Source: Dehalococcoidia bacterium
Lineage (GTDB): Bacteria > Chloroflexota > Dehalococcoidia > Bin125
DNA length: 64,000 bases
Assembly: GCA_963555985.3 (NCBI GenBank)
Contig: OY820591.1
Location: 1,696,001 to 1,760,000 of the forward strand
Direction of reading: 5' to 3'
Shown: positions 59,160 to 64,000 of the stretch, in pieces
Layout: each line of letters opens with the position of its first letter
Numbering within the stretch: position 1 is the stretch's first letter
The notes under the pieces: generated by a model
Database searches by the model: none
Seen by the model: the letters and a program-made list of their open reading frames with translations, nothing else
Told to the model about the DNA's origin: nothing
Position numbers and translations under genes: made by a program

Positions 59160-59920
59160 CGGGCGCGGCCCAGGTAGTCGCTCAGGATGTCGGCGGTTCG
59201 TTGCGCGGTGGACTCGAAAAATCCGTCCAGCACATGCTGATCGACGTGACTCAAGGTGTCGTCGAGCAGTTGCGGGATCGTTTCCATGAACTCGCGCAGG
59301 CCGGATTCGCCGGTGATGCCGGCTCCGCGCAAGTGACGGGAGGCGATGAAGCTGAAGCGCTCCCAGTCAGGCGGGTGCTCGGTCATGGCGGCGGTAGTGT
59401 CGCGCCATTGCTCCAGCAAAGAGCGATCGACGAAGCCTGCGTCGATTTCGACGGCGGAGGTGAAGAGGGCGCGGCGAATGCCTTGCATCTCCCCTCCATG
59501 TTCGCGTTCGCGGCGATCGAGCTCGTATTGGAGGATGCGATCGAGGAGGTTGGCGTGGGAGTCGCCGCCCAGGACCGAGCGGTTGCCGAAGAAGGGCCGA
59601 TAGATCTGCATCACGTATTCCTGATCCATGATCAGGTGGGTGAGATAGCCGCAAACCCAGTAGCGGGTCTCGTTGGAGAGGTGCTCCGGATCGCGGAAGC
59701 TGCGATGGGCGGCGAAGAAGTTCTCGACGCAGTCCTGGTGGCCGTCGTCGTAGATGTCGAAGAAGTGGGTACGTTCTCGATCCCAGCGGGTGAGCACGCG
59801 GATATCGGGCGTGGTCGCGCCGAGCAGGAATTCGCCGTTGCGAAGGGTGAGGCCGGCATCGCCAGCGACGCGCTCGCCGGCGCGGCAGGCGGCGATCATG
59901 TGGGAGACCAGGGGCGGCAT
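59156..59920 (-). CDS. Zn-dependent phospholipase C-like / putative metal-dependent hydrolase
   Basis: MP...SH, LGATTPD, THF, GYLTHLIMD. Confidence 0.65.
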   Translation of the reverse strand: MPPLVSHMIAACRAGERVAGDAGLTLRNGEFLLGATTPDIRVLTRWDRERTHFFDIYDDGHQDCVENFFAAHRSFRDPEHLSNETRYWVCGYLTHLIMDQEYVMQIYRPFFGNRSVLGGDSHANLLDRILQYELDRREREHGGEMQGIRRALFTSAVEIDAGFVDRSLLEQWRDTTAAMTEHPPDWERFSFIASRHLRGAGITGESGLREFMETIPQLLDDTLSHVDQHVLDGFFESTAQRTADILSDYLGRAR

Positions 59921-59996
59921 GGAGGCAGATTATCGCGCGAGCGAACGCCGCGCCAATCGCGCTCAGGCTGCAATTTGCCGATCTACACTCGTTGAT

Positions 59997-61313
59997 ATGA
60001 CCCGCTACATCGCGTTGATGCTGATCGCCGCCGGGATAGTGCTGGCTGCCTGTTCGCCCGATCTGCCGCGGGGCGCGGTGCATGTCTCGACTCTGGCCGA
60101 TGACATTGGCCCGGTCTCGGCCAACTTCATCAAGCGGGCTCTGGATCGGGCTGAAGAGGCGGGTGCGGTTGCCTGGATCCTCGAGCTAGACACGCCAGGC
60201 GGGTTGATCTCGTCGACCGACGACATCGTGCAGCGGATTCTGGCGGCTGAGGTTCCGGTGGTGATCTTCGTCAGTCCGGCGGGGGCGCGGGCGGCTTCGG
60301 CGGGGACGTTCATCACGCTGGCGGGCAATATCGCGGCGATGGCTCCGAACACCCAGATTGGGGCGGCGCATCCGGTGGCGGGGGGCGGGGAGGACATTGA
60401 CGGCGACCTGGGCGACAAGGTGACCAACGACGCCGCGGCGGACATTCGCGGGATTGCGGAGCATCGAGGGCGAAACGCGGAATGGGCAGAACAGGCCGTG
60501 CGCGAGTCGGTCTCGATCACCGGCAGTGAAGCGGTTGAGCTTGGCGTCGTTGATCTCGTAGCTGACGACCTGGACGATCTCCTGGAGCAACTCGACGGGA
60601 TGGTGGTGGACGGATTCGGCGCGCTTGCGGTGTCGGGCGCGCCGATGGTGGAGACGGACTACACGTTTGCCGAGAACGTGCTTGACGTGATCGCCGATCC
60701 GAACATCGCCTTCATTCTGATCAACATCGGCGGACTGCTCTTGATCGTGGAGGCGTTCTCGCCGGGGCTGGTCGGTCCGGGCGTCTTCGGCGTGATCATG
60801 CTGATCGTGGGCTTCTTCGCCCTGGGCCCGCTGGACACGAATCCGGCGGGGATTGCGCTGCTGGTGCTGGGCTTGATCTTGCTCGTGGCCGAGGTCTTTG
60901 TGGCCGGCTTCGGCTTTCTCGGCATCGGCGGGATCATTGCGTTGGTGATCGGGGGGCTGATCCTGATTGGGGATGCGTCGGTGGATGCGGAGAAGGTGTC
61001 GGTCTGGGCGTTGATCGTTGGCGCGGGCTTGATCGGAGCGGTGGTGTTGGGGATCGGCATGTTGGTCGGGATTGACCGGCGGCGGCCGAAGTGGCGGCCT
61101 CGGCTCACGAGCCAGGATTCGGACGGGATCGTGGGCAAGGCGGGGGTGGCGCACAACCTGCTCTCGCCGCAGGGCACGGTCGTGGTCGATGCGGAGTTGT
61201 GGTCGGCGCGGGCGGCGGCGGGGGTGGAGATCGCGCAGGGAGCGTCTGTGCGCGTGATTGGGATGGACGGTCTGACGGCGATTGTGGAGGCGGAAGAGAG
61301 CGAGCCTCAGTAG
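59997..61313 (+). CDS. nfeD: NfeD family membrane-bound serine protease
   Basis: LDTPGG, AASAG, IGAAHPV, membrane domain and C-terminal OB-fold (ELWSAR). Confidence 0.92.
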   Translation: MTRYIALMLIAAGIVLAACSPDLPRGAVHVSTLADDIGPVSANFIKRALDRAEEAGAVAWILELDTPGGLISSTDDIVQRILAAEVPVVIFVSPAGARAASAGTFITLAGNIAAMAPNTQIGAAHPVAGGGEDIDGDLGDKVTNDAAADIRGIAEHRGRNAEWAEQAVRESVSITGSEAVELGVVDLVADDLDDLLEQLDGMVVDGFGALAVSGAPMVETDYTFAENVLDVIADPNIAFILINIGGLLLIVEAFSPGLVGPGVFGVIMLIVGFFALGPLDTNPAGIALLVLGLILLVAEVFVAGFGFLGIGGIIALVIGGLILIGDASVDAEKVSVWALIVGAGLIGAVVLGIGMLVGIDRRRPKWRPRLTSQDSDGIVGKAGVAHNLLSPQGTVVVDAELWSARAAAGVEIAQGASVRVIGMDGLTAIVEAEESEPQ

Positions 61314-61675
61314 GAGTGGATGGCGCGTTTGGCGTTGCGGGGGCGCTGGGGGATGCGTGCGGCGCGGCCGGTGCGTCCGCGGAGGTAGTAGAGGCGGCTG
61401 CGGCGGACGCGGCCGCGGCGGACGACTTCGACTTTGAGCACGCGCGGGGAGTGGTAGAGGAAGGTGCGCTCGACGCCGATGCCCTGGGTGACGCGGCGGA
61501 CGGTGAAGTTGGAGGAGGAGCCCTTCTTCTTGCGCCGGATGACGACGCCTTCGAAGACCTGGGTGCGCTCGCGGTCGCCTTCGACGATGAGAGCATGGAC
61601 GCGCACGGTGTCGCCGGGTTGAAACGGTTGGATTTCCTCGTTGCGTTCAAGGGTGAGCAGGTCGCTGCGGTCCAT
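61307..61675 (-). CDS. rplS: 50S ribosomal protein L19
   Basis: [39 protein letters not shown]. Confidence 0.98.
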   Translation of the reverse strand: MDRSDLLTLERNEEIQPFQPGDTVRVHALIVEGDRERTQVFEGVVIRRKKKGSSSNFTVRRVTQGIGVERTFLYHSPRVLKVEVVRRGRVRRSRLYYLRGRTGRAARIPQRPRNAKRAIHSY

Positions 61676-62009
61676 CGTTCGTTCTCTCGGCGTGTTGGGC
61701 GGGAACTGCCAGTGTACGCGGGGGGTTGGCTTTGGCCTAGCGCCCGATCGGGGTGACCCTCAGGCGGAGCGTGACGCGGGATACATCCACAAGGGGATTG
61801 TTCGGCTTGGGGGTGTTCAGGGAGAAATTTATTTTGGCGTGCGGGGATGCTGATCTCCTGTGTTTTCTGGGGTTTTGGCGTTTGGGGTGTTCAGTCTTGT
61901 TCAGGTTTGGGTGTTCGATTGCGTTCGATTGCGTTCGATTTTGGACGGATTTGTGCGGACTTGGACGGGGGCGTTCGGGTGGTGTTTGGGATGTGCGCGT
62001 GGTGTCACC

Positions 62010-62243
62010 CGTTGCGTCACCGGCCATTTCGGAGGCTCCTCAACGCAAGGAGCGCGGCACCTATTCGATGATCCACGTTGCGTCACCGGCCATTTCGGAG
62101 GCTCCTCAACGGTCCTCTACCCCAACCCGCACGGCTACTACCGTTGCGTCACCGGCCATTTCGGAGGCTCCTCAACGAGCGTTGCGCGTTGCGTATCCGT
62201 TCGCCATCGTTGCGTCACCGGCCATTTCGGAGGCTCCTCAACG
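62010..62243 (-). CRISPR. CRISPR array: 4 identical 36-nt repeats, 3 unique 30-nt spacers
   Basis: Repeat CGTTGCGTCACCGGCCATTTCGGAGGCTCCTCAACG (+ strand) at 62010-62045, 62076-62111, 62142-62177 and 62208-62243; exact 66-nt period. Strand inferred from the adjacent gene and scaffold pairing. Confidence 0.93.
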
Positions 62244-63872
62244 AGATAGCAGCCGGAAGCCGGGCAGCGACGCCTGCGTTGAGTGACCTCCTCCATGATG
62301 GGCGAATTCTGGGCGGCTCCCCCGTTCCAGGTGGTTCGGGATCACAGCGGCCGGGGCGGGAACGCAACACCCGCCCTCTGTCAGAGACAGTTGTAAGACG
62401 TTACGCGCCGCGTTCACGTCGGCGTTGGCGGCGTAGCCGCAGGCGGGGCAGTCGAACGTCTCGCCCTGCCGCGCACCCGGCTCGATCGCGCCACACGCTG
62501 AACATGCTCGGGACGTGTAGGGGGCCGGGACCCTGACTAGATGCCCGCCGTGCTTCTCGGCTTTTTCTCCCACGAGCGTCAGGAATTGGCCCCACGTCTG
62601 TTCGCTGATGCTTCGGTTCAGTCCTCGTTTCTGTTTGACGTTCCGCCCCGGCTCCTCCACGGTGCCGGCAGCGCTCTTGGTCATGTTCGGAATCCGCAAG
62701 TCCTCGGCGGCGATGTGGTCGTAACGCCGCACCAGAGCCTGTGCGATGCGGTGATCCTGCTGGCGACGGCGGATGCGGTTCTTGCGCTTGAGCTTGGCGA
62801 GTCGGCGTTTTCGCCGCTCCAGGGTCTTGCTGCCTTTCCGCGACGGCCGGCGGCGGCTGCGCTTCTTGGTCTTGGTTGCGGTCAGCCGCTGCAAGCGCTT
62901 TTCTTCGCTGTCGTCGGGTTCGCGCTTCGGAATCATGATCCCGTCTGAGAGCGCGACGCGAGTGTTGACACCCAGGTCGAGACCGACCATTTTGCCGGCC
63001 TTGGGCAGCGGTTCACGCTCCACCTCACAGACCAGATCGACGTAGAGGCCGTTTGGAGTGAGGTTGAAGCGCACCTCTTTGGGCTTGCAATCGGGCAAGG
63101 TTCCGGGTGACTTCAGCTTGATCCGCAGGTAGTGCTTTCCCTTATGCTGCTGCGCCTTGTGAAACACCACCTCCGCGCGATGCCCGCAGGCCGAGCGCTT
63201 GACATTGCCAGCCTTGATCATCTTGGAGCCGATGCAGCGCCAGCGCTCGCGCTTCTGGTACTTCGGCATCCCGCGAATTCCACTGAGGTGCGCCTGGATG
63301 CTGTTCTGAGCCTTTGCAATCGCCCAGGCCAGCAATCCAAAGTCGAAATCCCGAAGCTCTGGGAACTCGGCGCGCAGAGGCTTGAGGTCGTAGGTCATGG
63401 AGTTGTAGCCGCGGAAGGCCGGCACGCCCGCTTTGGTTCTGCGGTAGTTGTTGGTCTCGGGCAGTTGACGGCGCTCGCGCTCGGCGTCGGTTCGCTCGCC
63501 TACCACCTCCCACCACTTTTGCCCGGTCTCCTCCTCATCTTCCTTCGTCCACCAGGGCGGCTTGTAGACCTTGCGGTAGACCGGCTCGCCGTTTTCGAGG
63601 ACTGGCTTGCCGTTCTTCATTCTCGGCACGATCCAGTACTGTCCCTGCGGGCCGATGCCCTGCTCCCGCATTCGGCGATAGTCGCGGAAGGCGCGGTATT
63701 CCTCGACGACGGCGTTGTAGATGGCGCACTGGACTCCGGCGATGCGGTGGAGCTTGTCGTAGTCGCTGCGGCGGGCGCGGACGGCGCGTCGCTGGAGGGT
63801 TCGGACGAGAGGTTTGGGGGTGTCGGGCATCTGTTGGTTTGCCTCGTTTGGGGGATACTCATATGTTCGCAT
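62238..63872 (-). CDS. tnpB: CRISPR-associated TnpB-family RNA-guided RuvC nuclease (Cas12f/type V-U-like)
   Basis: RuvC-I VGLDLGV (D299), RuvC-II IAAEDL (E390), Zn finger CSAC/CPAC, RuvC-III NADVNAARN (D485); IS605-type SAAGTVEEPGRNVKQKRGLNRSI segment. Alternative start at ATG 63830. Confidence 0.92.
   Translation of the reverse strand: MRTYEYPPNEANQQMPDTPKPLVRTLQRRAVRARRSDYDKLHRIAGVQCAIYNAVVEEYRAFRDYRRMREQGIGPQGQYWIVPRMKNGKPVLENGEPVYRKVYKPPWWTKEDEEETGQKWWEVVGERTDAERERRQLPETNNYRRTKAGVPAFRGYNSMTYDLKPLRAEFPELRDFDFGLLAWAIAKAQNSIQAHLSGIRGMPKYQKRERWRCIGSKMIKAGNVKRSACGHRAEVVFHKAQQHKGKHYLRIKLKSPGTLPDCKPKEVRFNLTPNGLYVDLVCEVEREPLPKAGKMVGLDLGVNTRVALSDGIMIPKREPDDSEEKRLQRLTATKTKKRSRRRPSRKGSKTLERRKRRLAKLKRKNRIRRRQQDHRIAQALVRRYDHIAAEDLRIPNMTKSAAGTVEEPGRNVKQKRGLNRSISEQTWGQFLTLVGEKAEKHGGHLVRVPAPYTSRACSACGAIEPGARQGETFDCPACGYAANADVNAARNVLQLSLTEGGCCVPAPAAVIPNHLERGSRPEFAHHGGGHSTQASLPGFRLLSR
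62244..62380 (-). ncRNA. Putative omegaRNA/tracrRNA-like scaffold overlapping the 3' end of the nuclease gene
   Basis: Anti-repeat at 62277-62291 and hairpin at 62354-62376 whose loop is complementary to the repeat 3' end; boundaries approximate. Confidence 0.7.
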
Positions 63873-63968
63873 AGTTTGGGCTGAATGGCAAATGGGGGGT
63901 GCTGCGAGGTTGCTGGATTTGTCGTTCAGGAGCAGGCGATGATCCGCGCTCTAGTCGACACGCCGCAT

Positions 63969-63993
63969 GGATTCCCGCGTTCGCGGGAATGAC
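63969..63993. repeat. REP-like palindrome GGATTCCCGCG-TT-CGCGGGAATGAC
   Basis: Perfect 9-bp stem; related to 28595-28664. Confidence 0.7.
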
Positions 63994-64000
63994 GGAAACA

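Noticed and set aside
62010-62243. Type VI-B (Cas13b) or type II assignment based on repeat geometry
   Set aside because: The adjacent protein has RuvC and Zn-finger motifs only, no HEPN pair or HNH domain, and is far too small.
61753-62286. ORFs crossing the CRISPR array with repeated peptides (VASPAISEAPQR)
   Set aside because: An artefact of the 66-nt period being a multiple of three; the identical repeats and unique spacers fit an array better.
62238-64000. Intact IS200/IS605 or IS607 transposon
   Set aside because: No tnpA or recognisable paired ends in view, and the position of the right end is occupied by the array. It cannot be fully excluded because the window ends 128 nt upstream of the gene.

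Overview
A ~67% GC (by eye) bacterial chromosomal segment. The gene content suggests a Chloroflexota (Dehalococcoidia/SAR202/Tepidiformia-like), possibly host-associated organism; this is inferred from paralogous SDRs, enoyl-CoA hydratases, family III CoA-transferases and an RCC1-repeat secreted protein. Most of the window is housekeeping (hflX, dapL, dapF, miaA, tpiA, pgk, rpiB, tsaC, guaA, purD/B/C/S, hisD/C/B, rplS) or catabolic, with a few accessory inserts. The standout locus is at the right end. A 544-aa TnpB-family RuvC nuclease (62238-63872, minus strand; catalytic D/E/D and Zn finger intact; ~85-aa N-terminal insertion) has its stop codon inside the first repeat of a 4-repeat/3-spacer CRISPR array (36-nt repeats, 30-nt spacers). 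The gene's 3' tail encodes an omegaRNA/tracrRNA-like scaffold with an anti-repeat and a 9-nt loop complementary to the repeat 3' end. This looks like a compact TnpB-to-Cas12 intermediate, with no cas1/cas2 or tnpA in view. Other highlights: a B12/radical SAM protein with a probable selenocysteine C-U-A-E-P tail missed by the ORF track, an hflX lacking a canonical start codon, an Eco29kI-like nuclease paired with an atypical methyltransferase, and dispersed intergenic tracts with ~10-nt periodicity. All calls come from motif recognition by eye; no database searches were run.
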